A DNA stretch of 64,000 nucleotides from an uncultured Lachnospiraceae bacterium (GCA_900314295.1 OMUU01000107.1:5201-69200); one strand, 5' to 3'. Counted from the stretch's first letter, positions 44,601 to 54,518 are shown. Notes: generated from the sequence alone by a model not told the origin. Program-made: numbers and translations.

Positions 44601-45788
44601 GAGCTGCACCGGTTTGCGCCGGAGCTTCGGACGCTGGTGGTTGCGGGTACCGTTTCGGAGAGAAAAAGCATGCTGGAGAATTACCGGGACTATGATGTTC
44701 TCGTCACGTCCTACGATCTGCTGAAGCGGGACATCGATTCCTATGAAGGCCTGCGCTTCCGATACGAGGTGATCGATGAGGCGCAGTACATCAAGAATCC
44801 GGGAACAGCGGCGGCAAAGGCTGTGAAGCTGATCCGTGCAAAGACAAGATATGCGCTGACCGGAACACCGATCGAGAACCGGCTGTCCGAGCTGTGGTCG
44901 ATTTTTGATTATCTGATGCCCGGTTTCCTGTACCGGTACGAGGAATTCCACTCGACCTTTGAACAGCCGGTCGTAAACGGAGATGAGAAGGTCGGAGAGC
45001 AGCTCAGGCGCATGGTGGCTCCGTTCATTTTGCGCCGTCTCAAGAAGGATGTGCTGAAGGATCTTCCGGATAAGCTGGAGGAAGTCCGCTATGTGCAGAT
45101 GGGGAAGGAACAGCAGCGGCTTTACGATGCCGAGGTTCTCCGGATGAAAAAAGACCTGTCAAAGCAGACGGATGAAGATTTCCGGAAGGGAAAGCTGCAG
45201 ATTTTGGCAGCGATTACCAGAATCCGGCAGATCTGCTGCGACCCGTCGCTGTGCTTTGACGGATACAAGGGGGAATCCGCGAAGAGAGAGGCAGTCATGG
45301 ATCTGGTTCATACGCTGATCGAGGAAGGCCACCGGGCGCTCCTGTTCTCGCAGTTTACCTCGATGCTGGCGCTGATCCGGGAAGAGCTTGTCCGGGAGAA
45401 GATTCCATTCTATGAAATCACCGGCGCAACCCGGAAAGAGGAGCGGACAAGGCTTGTGCGGGAGTTCAACGAAAATGCTGAGATCCCTGTTTTCCTGATC
45501 TCGCTGAAGGCGGGAGGCACAGGACTGAACCTTACGGGAGCGGATGTGGTCATTCATTACGATCCGTGGTGGAACACCTCCGCGGAGGATCAGGCGACGG
45601 ACCGCGCACACAGGATCGGTCAGAAGAGGGTAGTCACCGTGTACAAGATGATCATCCGCAATTCGATCGAGGACAAAATCCTGGAAATGCAGGCGATGAA
45701 GCGAGATCTGGCGGATCAGATCCTCAGCGGAGACGGCCTTTCCAGCAGCACGATCACCAGAGAGGATCTGATGCAGATTCTCTCCTGA
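41667..45788 (+). CDS. SWIM zinc-finger / SNF2-family helicase (YwqA/RapA-like)
   Basis: SWIM motif CTCPYASDGNLCKH. SNF2 motifs ILADEMGLGKT and DEAQYIKN, plus helicase-C motifs (LISLKAGGTGLNLTGADVVIHYDPWWN, QATDRAHRIGQ). The ORF opens at 41637, and the ATG at 41667 has a GGAG RBS. Confidence 0.9.
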   Translation: MSTWRSLFTQTILKRGKEYYRAGKAKKLTWESDPENRGGDIYEATVRGSRNYHVVIRASAGEIQEMSCTCPYASDGNLCKHEAAVLLAIEDEYEKLYVDSEEDGEKNSGSAEAGASNRSGSGKHSSKDGSGGEQNDWSGKGSIYDILDRDGKILEGGRTASGGYEVGDPLEGLEKLRAETAREREEAAGAENAEAAADYQPDEYHYFHPEEFRTHLKNSAAEWKMAEQVVHPQPEKKKTSSGRGKGRSAKNQLDFKILEFSMSTGYLQDDRMQTGPMIGQAILRFGEDYYSQKATLLFDQHRIISSQCEDWECRYGYGYAKRNPDKLCLHEMVALLMLEDYLKEHNIGDASSYGAESFLSEFAHKNTPGRAGAEESGEAGDTGVRPSEKLTMEPRLELEHGMLSATFYIGKDRLYKIKNLSEFVKAMQSRERMKFGSKSEFQMGEDFLKRDEDRAWFHFIREALENHLESQRYMELKSSYMDSYTFDYKANLPLIGSWLDRFADLIGTHPFEIWDKQLSAGEGKKTVHLRDKDITPTIVVTPIPEKATGPVDGVRLKSDLPRLMKGLDHLYYYQGQYLNRVTQESSERVEMLLRNTGGRLDLMIGRKNLGRFYHDVLPKLREIADVREEQPERVKGLIPPKPDFIAYLDYDSQLLLCTAEAAYGKEIYPVTDAIEAQVEGRELSPVYRDTEAEQDYCNALNEYFDQYDPMIHLMYTEKDDDRLFQLLDHGIDELLDYGEVRMTEQFRNLGIRRRLPVKVGVNVESNLLDLTVSSEDLTEDEMYLILSMYRRKKKYVRLKDGSFFKLEQNDSVEELSEMLETLQIPLKEFVKGKMELPAYRALYLDKMLEQTEDLYAVRDRKFKQLIKEFKTVEDSDFEVPDSLTKTLRKYQKEGYRWLRILDRYGFGGILADEMGLGKTLQVISALLATKLESEQEALSAAETNKLKAEDTEEVPSGDQKSGVSLIISPASLIYNWEEELHRFAPELRTLVVAGTVSERKSMLENYRDYDVLVTSYDLLKRDIDSYEGLRFRYEVIDEAQYIKNPGTAAAKAVKLIRAKTRYALTGTPIENRLSELWSIFDYLMPGFLYRYEEFHSTFEQPVVNGDEKVGEQLRRMVAPFILRRLKKDVLKDLPDKLEEVRYVQMGKEQQRLYDAEVLRMKKDLSKQTDEDFRKGKLQILAAITRIRQICCDPSLCFDGYKGESAKREAVMDLVHTLIEEGHRALLFSQFTSMLALIREELVREKIPFYEITGATRKEERTRLVREFNENAEIPVFLISLKAGGTGLNLTGADVVIHYDPWWNTSAEDQATDRAHRIGQKRVVTVYKMIIRNSIEDKILEMQAMKRDLADQILSGDGLSSSTITREDLMQILS

Positions 45789-45922
45789 GATAATCTCTTG
45801 TATTTACCATCCAGTTGCCAGAAACTAAAACTGGATGGTAACTTGTCCAGACAAATACCATCGAAAACTTCCATTGCCGTTATTGACGGTACATTTACCG
45901 CTGAGTTTTATACAGTGTGGCG

Positions 45923-47614
45923 CTACTCATGCAGCATCCCGAGCATGTAATAGGAGAGCAGAAGCTTGATGCGCTCCTTCGGATCGTCGAGGTTGATGCT
46001 GATCAGGCTGCGGATCTTGTCCAGCCGATAGGAGAGCGTGCTGCGGTGAATATACAGCTCCTTCGAGGTCTGGAGTACATTCCGGTCATGAACGAGGTAG
46101 GCTTCCAATGTGTGCGCCAGTGAAGTGTGATTTTTCCGGTCATACTCCAGAAGCTTCTGGAGGGCGTCGGCGCAGAGCATTTCAGCCGGCATGCCTTCCG
46201 TGGAGCAGCGGATCATGTAATCGAGCATATACTGATCAAAATAGTAGTACCAGATCATGCTGTCGCCGGAGAGTCCGAAGTTCAGGGCGATATTCGCCTG
46301 ATCAAAGAGGGTCCCCAGACGGAAAAAGTCACGAATCTCCGAGCTGACGCCGATCTTCAGGAGGCTGTCCCGCATGAGAACGGCGAGGCGGCTGACGACA
46401 TCGGAGGTTTTTTCGTGGGCGTAGGAGAGATTCACGACAAGGGTAATGCCGTCCTGGTGAAAAAAGGCCCGTCCGGCGGCCAGGATCGTGTTGATCTGAT
46501 TGAGCACCGCATAGGAGGAAATGATGTTGAAGTCCCTCTGCTGGGTAACGATCCGCATAACGACATAGCGGTCATCCTGCTTCCAGTTCTGGTAGCGGAG
46601 ATAGCTCTGGATCTGCTGCTCGTCTGTCTCTTTCTTCTCACACAAGCGTGCCATGAGATCATTTGTATCGTCGGAGATGCTGAATTTCCGCAGATCTCCG
46701 GAATACAGAAAATGCTCCAGGAGCTTTCCGAGATAATCAATGACTGCAAAGTCGCCGGGGAGAATGCGGCTGTCAACCTCGAGGTCCAGAATCCGGCCGC
46801 GGTAGATGTCGCCCTGCCAGATATTCCGGTACAGAATCTGATATCCGGTCTGTTCCGAGGGATACATCACAGGCTTCCGCTCTTTCAGCCCCTCGATGTA
46901 GACGGGATCGGTGCGGAAATCGTTGATTAGATCCATCTGAACCATGGGAAGGCCGGTTCGTCTGTCCCGCCCGCGCTTCATCTTCTGCTCTGGATAATTG
47001 CATTCCGCCAGGATGATAAAGTCCCGGTCATGAAGGAAGATGGGATTGCGGAAAATCTTCTGGCTTAGGTCAAAAATTTCCTGAAGGGGTGTCTGAAGGA
47101 GAAAGGCTTCCTGAATTCGAAGATCCCACTCGTGAAAACGGTCAAAGAGATCCTGCACGAGAGAGAGGATTTCGGAAAGGCGGCAGGTGTCTCGGATGTA
47201 AATCCTTCCGGGTATGGAGCTGCGGAACGAGGCGTTCGGGTCGCGGCAGAGGAGCAGAAAAGCCCTTCCCGCAAGGAGATTGTCCGGGATGTCTTTGATA
47301 TCCTGCTCCGAGCAGATATATAAATATTCGGAGACCGGTGCGGAGTCCTTCGAAAAGCTTGTACCGTATGCGTCAGGGGTGCCAGATACATATTCGTGAT
47401 TGGACGCGGAAACCGTCGCGGTTTCCGCGCTGAAAATCCGGATTCCGCGTAAACGCAGCTCGTCCGGCGTATCGGAGATGAGATACTCGATTCCGGCCAG
47501 AGTCAGCGCATCTGCAACGACCTGCAGAGGAGGGCGGAAGCCGGACTGAAAACGGGAGGGATCGGAATCGGAGAGGCCGGTTTTTTCTATTGGATCCGTG
47601 ATTTCATTGCTCAT
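45923..47614 (-). CDS. PucR/CdaR-family transcriptional regulator
   Basis: 563 aa. The C-terminal PucR HTH reads LQTSKELYIHRSTLSYRLDKIRSLISINLDDPKERIKLLLSY. Confidence 0.85.
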   Translation of the reverse strand: MSNEITDPIEKTGLSDSDPSRFQSGFRPPLQVVADALTLAGIEYLISDTPDELRLRGIRIFSAETATVSASNHEYVSGTPDAYGTSFSKDSAPVSEYLYICSEQDIKDIPDNLLAGRAFLLLCRDPNASFRSSIPGRIYIRDTCRLSEILSLVQDLFDRFHEWDLRIQEAFLLQTPLQEIFDLSQKIFRNPIFLHDRDFIILAECNYPEQKMKRGRDRRTGLPMVQMDLINDFRTDPVYIEGLKERKPVMYPSEQTGYQILYRNIWQGDIYRGRILDLEVDSRILPGDFAVIDYLGKLLEHFLYSGDLRKFSISDDTNDLMARLCEKKETDEQQIQSYLRYQNWKQDDRYVVMRIVTQQRDFNIISSYAVLNQINTILAAGRAFFHQDGITLVVNLSYAHEKTSDVVSRLAVLMRDSLLKIGVSSEIRDFFRLGTLFDQANIALNFGLSGDSMIWYYYFDQYMLDYMIRCSTEGMPAEMLCADALQKLLEYDRKNHTSLAHTLEAYLVHDRNVLQTSKELYIHRSTLSYRLDKIRSLISINLDDPKERIKLLLSYYMLGMLHE

Positions 47615-47911
47615 AGATTATGTCCTTATATATTTCTTCTAAATACTTCATAATTAAAATCCTTTCGTTGCCATAGGCGGAAACCCAACACCTTTAGGTC
47701 GTGGGTAGTTGACCGTTTGCGTTAACTTGACCGGTCAGGCCAAGATATGAAACCGGCAAGCGATGCACAAGATATCTGCAGCAGGTAAGTTTGACCGGCA
47801 AGTCGGGCATATTGTCTGTTGCGCGTATGCTAAGCCTGTAGGATCTCCGGCAGCAGGTATTCGCCTGAATCCAGTATAGCAGATTCCCGGTTTCAGTCAT
47901 ATATCGGCAGA

Positions 47912-47945
47912 CAAAAAGAACGCCCCGAGGGGCGCTCTTTTTGCG
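47912..47945. terminator. Bidirectional rho-independent terminator
   Basis: AAAAAGAACGCCCCGAGGGGCGCTCTTTTT is a GC stem flanked by an A-run and a T-run. It ends the GPH transporter transcript on the minus strand. Confidence 0.7.
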
Positions 47946-48000
47946 TTAGGAATGTTACGATAAAGAAAGTTACGATAAAGAAAGTTACGATTTTATCAGA

Positions 48001-49410
48001 TCAGGCTTTTTTTCTCGCCTCGATCTCTGCCGCGTACTGATTCACCTTATCCTTTGTCAGGCGGAAGCCGAAGGTCAGGCAGAGAACCGCGATGATCAGA
48101 GCGATGGCCGGGATCAGCATGAATCCTGCGCTGATGGCGGTCTTCAGCTGATTGCTTGCCTGTGCCGGGTCAATTTTTGAACTGAAGGCACCGGCTGCGA
48201 GGCAGGCACTGATGATGATACCACGGGTCATGATGGATACCTTCAGCGGAACGTTCTGCAATCCGCTGATCCATCCTGTAGCGTTCTTTCCGGTCTTCCA
48301 TTCGCTGTATACGATAGTATCACCGTAAAGGGCCGGGGTGCAGGCGTAGGTGATGCCGTAGCCGAACAGGGATACGGACATCAGGATGATGACCATTGTG
48401 ACATTGTTGTGCCCGAAGAAGGCCAGGATCAGGATTACCGCCTGGATCGCCATGACACCGATGGTGGTGTTCCGGGTGGAGAAGCGGTTGCTCAGCACCT
48501 TGCTCAGGTATGCACCGATGATGCAGAACACATTGGTGATCAGGATGTATACCGGCGTCAGCTTTGCGTTATTGGCTACATACAGGAAGTAGTAGCTGGC
48601 AAAGCCCATGCAGATGAAGTTGAACATGAACTTCGCAAGGTCTGCGATCAGAAGAGCAATCAGCGGCGGGTTCTGTGCAAGTGCGCGGAGCAGGTCCTTT
48701 CCGCTGGTCTTGTCCTTAGCGGGAGCTTTTGCGTTTGTCTGCGCAGCTGCGGCGGTTTCCTCATAGCCGTCGAACATCTTGAAGTGAGCGAAGTAGAGAA
48801 CTACGAACAATACGCCGAAGCAGAAAGCTGCGCCGCCGTACATATTGACTTCTCCGATGACGCCTGCGGCTGCGGACGCAATGACCGGCGCGGCGTAGGA
48901 GAAGATGACCTTAGAAGCGTTGGACCAGGCAGCTCTGGTAGATGCAAGCTGGGAGCGGTCCTCCGGCGTCTTACCGGCGACAGCGATCATGGATACGTTC
49001 GCCACATACGCGAAATTCCAGCAGACATGGCTGGCGATAGCTGCCACGATGATCAGGATGGCAGAGCCGATGCCTGAGCCGAATTTTACAAACTGGAACG
49101 CATACAGGAACGGTACGACCCATGGAATGGCTACCAGCCAGGAGCGGTAGCGGCCCCATTTCATCGGCTTGGAGCTGTTGATGATAGCCCCGTAGATCCA
49201 GGACAGGAGCGCGTCAACCGTGCTGGCTACCGTTGTGATCATGGTCACAACCGGAAGCGCGAACTGCGCAAGGTTTGTCAGGAAAAAGTTGAAGTAATAG
49301 CTTTCAATGCTGGACATCAGATTGAAGCCGAAGTCGCCGACACCGTAAAAGATCTTCAGTTGTTTGCTCAACGGCTTATGAGCCGGAGCGGACGATGTGT
49401 TTTTTGCCAT
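48001..49410 (-). CDS. GPH-family (glycoside-pentoside-hexuronide):cation symporter
   Basis: 469 aa with about 12 TM helices. The N-terminal signature is KIFYGVGDFGFNLMSSIESYYFNFFLTN. Confidence 0.85.
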   Translation of the reverse strand: MAKNTSSAPAHKPLSKQLKIFYGVGDFGFNLMSSIESYYFNFFLTNLAQFALPVVTMITTVASTVDALLSWIYGAIINSSKPMKWGRYRSWLVAIPWVVPFLYAFQFVKFGSGIGSAILIIVAAIASHVCWNFAYVANVSMIAVAGKTPEDRSQLASTRAAWSNASKVIFSYAAPVIASAAAGVIGEVNMYGGAAFCFGVLFVVLYFAHFKMFDGYEETAAAAQTNAKAPAKDKTSGKDLLRALAQNPPLIALLIADLAKFMFNFICMGFASYYFLYVANNAKLTPVYILITNVFCIIGAYLSKVLSNRFSTRNTTIGVMAIQAVILILAFFGHNNVTMVIILMSVSLFGYGITYACTPALYGDTIVYSEWKTGKNATGWISGLQNVPLKVSIMTRGIIISACLAAGAFSSKIDPAQASNQLKTAISAGFMLIPAIALIIAVLCLTFGFRLTKDKVNQYAAEIEARKKA

Positions 49411-49521
49411 AAGAGAATCCCCCTTCTTTTCTTAAAGCATCCCGCCGTATATGCACGCGGCGGGTCATTTCGTCTGTATGTACGGGACAGTCAGAGCGTG
49501 TTCCCGAAATTGCGGGTCATG

Positions 49522-50511
49522 TCAGAACATGTCCTTACTTGCGCTGTCGATTTCCTCGGTCAGTGCCTGATAGACGCCGTCAAAGGTGCTCATCGGTCCG
49601 CCCTGGGAAGCGCAGGGAATATAGTACAGCTTGCCGTATTCGGAGCAGGCTCTTCTGACCTGATCGTGAACCTCCTGTCTGGTCCAGCCGGGATGATCGA
49701 CGGTCGCGGAATCGATGCCGCCCATGAAGGAGATCTTGCCGCCGTAGGTGTCGATGCACTTGCGGATGTCGTTTCCGGTCATAACGCCCTGCCAGATATC
49801 GATGCCCATGTCAATCATATCCGGAATCAATGTTGCAGCGTAGGAATCGGAGTGATGTACGATCAGCTGTACGCCTCTCTCTCTGTAATATCCGTAGATC
49901 TGCTTGTAGGCGTCTACGAAGAACTCCTCGAACATTGCCGGTGAGAAGAAGGTGGAGCGCTGGCTTCCCCAGTCATCGTGGTGGAATACCGCATCGATGT
50001 GGAGGTGATCGCAGGTCTCTCTTGCCGCGTCAAGCTCCCACTCGGTGAGGTATTTGATCAGGTCGTGCATGTCGTCCGGCTCCTCATAGAAGTTCATCAT
50101 GGCATCCTCCATGCCCATGAAATAATGAAGACTCTCGAAGAGACCGGGTGCCTGGAAGTTAGATACAAATTTGTCCTTGCGGTCTACAGCCTCGGCGGCA
50201 GCGATCGCCGGCTCCCAGGCCGCTTCCGGGAATTTCGGTGACGGTGCGTGGACGATGTCCTTCCACTGGGTGATGTCCTTCAGAAGGCGATGCGCGTCAT
50301 CGTGAACCGGGAATGGTCCGGGCGTTCCTTCCGGCCAGGAACGGGTGACACCCCACTCATTTGTGACATTGAGCTCGCCGTATTTCGGTGCCTTGTAGGT
50401 CGCGCGGATCGGATCATTCATGATGATGGATAGAAATTCGAACTGATTGACAAATCTGTCCGGATGTCCTCCGTGAATCGTTTCCAGCAAATTTTCTCTT
50501 TTTGTAAGCAT
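49522..50511 (-). CDS. URO-D (uroporphyrinogen decarboxylase / MT2 methyltransferase) family protein, paralog 1
   Basis: 329 aa. MLTKRENLLETIHGGHPDRF ... DDWGSQRSTFFSPAMFEEF ... LIVHHSDSY ... GKISFMGGID shows TIM-barrel URO-D-like architecture. The HxC position reads HSD. Confidence 0.8.
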   Translation of the reverse strand: MLTKRENLLETIHGGHPDRFVNQFEFLSIIMNDPIRATYKAPKYGELNVTNEWGVTRSWPEGTPGPFPVHDDAHRLLKDITQWKDIVHAPSPKFPEAAWEPAIAAAEAVDRKDKFVSNFQAPGLFESLHYFMGMEDAMMNFYEEPDDMHDLIKYLTEWELDAARETCDHLHIDAVFHHDDWGSQRSTFFSPAMFEEFFVDAYKQIYGYYRERGVQLIVHHSDSYAATLIPDMIDMGIDIWQGVMTGNDIRKCIDTYGGKISFMGGIDSATVDHPGWTRQEVHDQVRRACSEYGKLYYIPCASQGGPMSTFDGVYQALTEEIDSASKDMF

Positions 50512-50898
50512 AGCAAACCCTCCCTGCGTTATGCATTATTTGTGTAATATTTACAATAATCAACATAGCATTCCGTGCGATTGCAGTCAATAATGACAAC
50601 GAAAACGAACGAAAGTTCCACAGTATCGCAGATTCCGAGATGCCCATTTCCGCAATATTGCGGATAACCAGGGGCGAGTCTTGTGATAGGAATTCGAAGA
50701 AAAATGTTTAGTGACAATTATATACGGCAAGGATTTTACAGTCCTGTTTCCATTCGCAAACTGGCTGTAACAAAGTTTTATCCTTAAAAATACCACCAAT
50801 ATTGCGATTTTGTGCATGGAGAGCATGAAATAATCTGACTATACTACAGGAAGGAGAAAGTTGATTTTTAAAGAGAATTCTGAATGTGGGGGTTGGAG

Positions 50899-52500
50899 AT
50901 GTATTCTTTACTGCTTGTTGACGATGAGCCGCTGATTCGCGGCGGAATCCGGAAGATTGTGGACTGGGGTTCGCTGGGGGTTGACCGGATCTACGAGGCC
51001 GGGGACGGGGAGGAGGCACTGGAGATCGTGAGAACCCATCCGATCAACCTTGTGCTTACCGATATTGTCATGCCGTTTATGGACGGTATTGAGCTGACAG
51101 GAATCCTTCACAGGGATTATCCGGAGATATCGGTTATTATCGCAACCGGGCATGAGGATTTTGAATATGCAAGGCAGAGCATCGACCTCGGCGTATGCTC
51201 GTATATCCTGAAGCCGATCGGTGCGAAAAACCTTTATTCAAAGATGAGTGAGATTATGGCGGGAATCCGGAAGGAGGACGAGAATCGTCAGTATATCAAC
51301 AGGATGCGGTCCCAGCTGGTCAAAAATCTCCCGATTATACGGTCACGGTATCTGAATGAGATTGTCTGTCAGGATCAGGGAGACAAACAGCAGCTGGTGC
51401 GTCAGTGCCGCAGCGCCGGCATTGATTTTTCATCGGACTCCTATATTGTGGGTCTTCTGAACCTGGAGCTGGATGCCATTGCGGATGAGGATGTGCCGCT
51501 CTATGTGTTCTCGTGCAGGAATATCGCACAGGAGTGCCTGGGTGAGAGGCATTATGTGTTTGAATCGAATCTCTCGAAGAAGCTTGTGATTCTGTTTCGC
51601 TGCGATATCCTTGGCGATGATGCCAGGAATACTGCCTATCAGGTGATGGAGATTATTCTGAAGGCACTGGATAACACGATCCATGTGAAGGCGACGGGCG
51701 GACTCGGCGTCGAGGTATCGGGACCGGATCAGCTTCCGGTTTCTTTTCGTTCTGCCAGAAGGGCGTGTGAGTACAGATTTTCGCTCGGAGAAAATGTGGT
51801 CTATGACATCCGTGACGGAAGTCTGAATAAGCTGCTGTTCCGCTATCCGGCACAGGAGGTGAAAAGTCTGCTCCGCAGCATTCGTTTCGGAACAGATGCG
51901 GATATCAGAGAGGCCGTTTGTGTGATTCGCCAGTATATCAAAAACGAGAAGCAGCTGTCCGGAATCAATGTCAAGATTGTGCTTTCGGAAATTGTGACGG
52001 ATATCCTGAAGGAATTGTCAGAACTTTCCGAGATTACGCCGCGGACGACGGAGCAGTGTCTGAGACTGTACAGCGAGATCTCGCAGATGTCGTCGCTGGA
52101 TGCGATGCTGAATGAAATCAGGCAGACCGCAACAATCGCCGCAGAAGATTTCCGAAGAACAGAAAACACCAGCAGTAAGGCGCTGATTCGGAAGGTGAAG
52201 GAATGCGTGAAAATGCATTATATGGAGCTCACCTTTTCCCTTTCCACAGCGGCAGATCAGGTCGGCGTAAGCACGGGTTATCTGAGCGCGCTTTTCAAGA
52301 AAGAGACAGGGATGAACTTTATAAAATATCTGACAGATGTCCGCATGGAGAAAGCGATGGAGCTTCTGCGGGGAACAGACCTCAGAGCCTACGAGATCGC
52401 GGACCGGATCGGCTTTGACAATACGCACTACTTCAGTGTCGCATTCAAGAAGTATACCGGTATGTCACCCTCCGATTTTCGAAAGAGAGGGAGGGAGTAG
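50899..52500 (+). CDS. Response regulator, CheY receiver + AraC-type HTH (YesN-like)
   Basis: MYSLLLVDDEPLIRGG...LVLTDIVMPFMDG forms the receiver. The C-terminal AraC HTH reads TGYLSALFKKETGMNFIKYLTDVRMEKAMELL. Confidence 0.9.
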   Translation: MYSLLLVDDEPLIRGGIRKIVDWGSLGVDRIYEAGDGEEALEIVRTHPINLVLTDIVMPFMDGIELTGILHRDYPEISVIIATGHEDFEYARQSIDLGVCSYILKPIGAKNLYSKMSEIMAGIRKEDENRQYINRMRSQLVKNLPIIRSRYLNEIVCQDQGDKQQLVRQCRSAGIDFSSDSYIVGLLNLELDAIADEDVPLYVFSCRNIAQECLGERHYVFESNLSKKLVILFRCDILGDDARNTAYQVMEIILKALDNTIHVKATGGLGVEVSGPDQLPVSFRSARRACEYRFSLGENVVYDIRDGSLNKLLFRYPAQEVKSLLRSIRFGTDADIREAVCVIRQYIKNEKQLSGINVKIVLSEIVTDILKELSELSEITPRTTEQCLRLYSEISQMSSLDAMLNEIRQTATIAAEDFRRTENTSSKALIRKVKECVKMHYMELTFSLSTAADQVGVSTGYLSALFKKETGMNFIKYLTDVRMEKAMELLRGTDLRAYEIADRIGFDNTHYFSVAFKKYTGMSPSDFRKRGRE

Positions 52501-52503
52501 GAA

Positions 52504-54426
52504 ATGGAAATGAAGGGGAAAAATGAGAAGAAGGGGAAGAAGGGAATACGCCTTGGGATTAAACCGAAAATACTGTTGTTTTTGACCTTTGTCATCGTAC
52601 CGTTTATGGCGCTGATCTCGGGTCTGATTTATCAGAATTCAGTGCGCCGATCCACACATGCGCAGATCGCACATGCAGAGAGCATCGTCAGCAATATGGA
52701 TACAAACATTGATTCTTATATCAGTGAGCTGTCGGTTCTGGCAAACGAGTGTAATTATAATTATTATCTTCAGCAGTATCTGCGGGCGGCGCGGAAAGAG
52801 GAGGGCGGCGGGGCTCCGAAGGATGCGGAAAGCCTGGGGGAAAATGAGATGATCGGCGCCCTGATCGAGACCTACCTGCAGAACCGTTCGGATACAACGG
52901 TTATCAGTATCTATGGAAAGGATAATCTCCTGATCCGACGATCCATTTATTCCGTGGAGGGCACGGAGCCGGACCCGGAGGGGACGGACTGGTATCGGGA
53001 AGCGGTATATCGATACGGCGGTATATGCCTGTCGGGACCGGACAAAATGACCGGCGCGGACAGAGAGATGGCACTGAGTTCGATGATCCGGAATTCGGAG
53101 GACGGAGCGTTTCTCGGAGTCATCAGGGTCAATTTCAATCTGAACCGGCTGTCCGAGATTGTGGATAACACGACTGTTGACGCAGATGAAACGGTCGGCA
53201 TTCTGAATGAGAAGGGAGAGCTGATCTACGAAAAAAGCTCAGGCCATCGTATTTTGAACCGGGCCATGCTGAAGGCTCTTCGCGAGGCGGACGGTCTGGA
53301 TAAACGAAATGGCAGCTACCGTCCGGTGGAGCTCTGTGGTGTGAAGTATCATGTGACATCCGTGACGCAGCCTGTGACAGGATGGAGAATTGTCGATCTT
53401 CAGCCGCGCGAGAGCATTCTCAGAGAGGCGAGGAATTCGATTCTTCCGATGGAGGTCGTCGTTCTGCTCATTTTTTCCGTGATCCTGATTCTGCTGAATA
53501 CGCTGCTGAATCATGTGGTCGACCCGATTGTTACGCTTCAGAAGAAGATGAAGCTTGTCACATTGGATAATGCGAGGCTGGAAATGCCGGTGCAGACCAA
53601 CGATGAGCTGGGAATGCTCGTTCGGAACTTCAATCAGATGACAGATCGTATTGACAAGCTGTCCTCGCAGCTGATTGAGGAGCAGAAGAAAAAAAGGCAG
53701 TATGAGCTGAGGGCTCTGCAGGCACAGATCAATCCGCACTTCCTTTATAATACGCTGGATTCCATCATCTGGATGGCCGAGCTTCAGGATCCGGACGTCG
53801 TTCCAATGACGGAAGCACTGGCCCGGCTGATGAGGCTGGCGTTAAACAAGGGAAGAGAATTCATCACCGTGGAGGATGAGATGAATTATGTCCGCAACTA
53901 TCTGCTTATTCAGTCCATGCGTTATCAGGATAAATTTGACTATCAGGTTGTCACTGACGAGGCGGTAAGGAACTGCATCACGGTAAAGCTGATCGTGCAG
54001 CCTCTGGTGGAGAACAGTATTTATCATGGAATCAAGGAAAAACGCGGAAAATGCCATCTGGAGGTTCGTGCCTTCCGGAGCGGAGCAGATGTGCTGTTTA
54101 CCGTTCAGGACGACGGCAAAGGGATGGATGCGGAAACCTGCGCGCGCATTCTGACCGGGTCAGGAAGGAATGAAAAGAAAGGAAACCGGGAAAAAGGCAG
54201 CGGGATCGGTGTCTTTAATGTGAACGAGAGAATCCAGCTTGAATATGGTCCTTCCTATGGAGTCAGTTATCAGTCCGAGCCGGGCAAGGGAACGCTGGCG
54301 ACGATCCGGATTCCCTATGTCGGCAAGCGGAATAGCTCGCTTGTATGTGATGTTGGTGAACACAGGGAAGCATCACCAGGGAAGAGCGTACCGAAGGATA
54401 ATATATTTGCTGAAGAGGATAAATGA
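52504..54426 (+). CDS. Sensor histidine kinase (YesM/LytS-like: 2 TM, HAMP, His_kinase, HATPase)
   Basis: HAMP region LGMLVRNFNQMTDRI, the H-box region LQAQINPHFLYNTLDSI and ATPase motifs ENSIYHG and GSGIGVFNV. Confidence 0.9.
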   Translation: MEMKGKNEKKGKKGIRLGIKPKILLFLTFVIVPFMALISGLIYQNSVRRSTHAQIAHAESIVSNMDTNIDSYISELSVLANECNYNYYLQQYLRAARKEEGGGAPKDAESLGENEMIGALIETYLQNRSDTTVISIYGKDNLLIRRSIYSVEGTEPDPEGTDWYREAVYRYGGICLSGPDKMTGADREMALSSMIRNSEDGAFLGVIRVNFNLNRLSEIVDNTTVDADETVGILNEKGELIYEKSSGHRILNRAMLKALREADGLDKRNGSYRPVELCGVKYHVTSVTQPVTGWRIVDLQPRESILREARNSILPMEVVVLLIFSVILILLNTLLNHVVDPIVTLQKKMKLVTLDNARLEMPVQTNDELGMLVRNFNQMTDRIDKLSSQLIEEQKKKRQYELRALQAQINPHFLYNTLDSIIWMAELQDPDVVPMTEALARLMRLALNKGREFITVEDEMNYVRNYLLIQSMRYQDKFDYQVVTDEAVRNCITVKLIVQPLVENSIYHGIKEKRGKCHLEVRAFRSGADVLFTVQDDGKGMDAETCARILTGSGRNEKKGNREKGSGIGVFNVNERIQLEYGPSYGVSYQSEPGKGTLATIRIPYVGKRNSSLVCDVGEHREASPGKSVPKDNIFAEEDK

Positions 54427-54518
54427 TGGTGTGAATAGTGAATGTTCAACAGTTTGTGACATAAAGTATCGTATGAGCGTTTACGGCATGAACTATACAA
54501 ATAGAAAGAGGGAAAATA

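Noticed and set aside
47694-47900. 68-aa minus-strand ORF in the PucR upstream spacer
   Set aside because: No RBS, Cys/Arg-rich odd composition and no motif. The region is more plausibly regulatory or non-coding.
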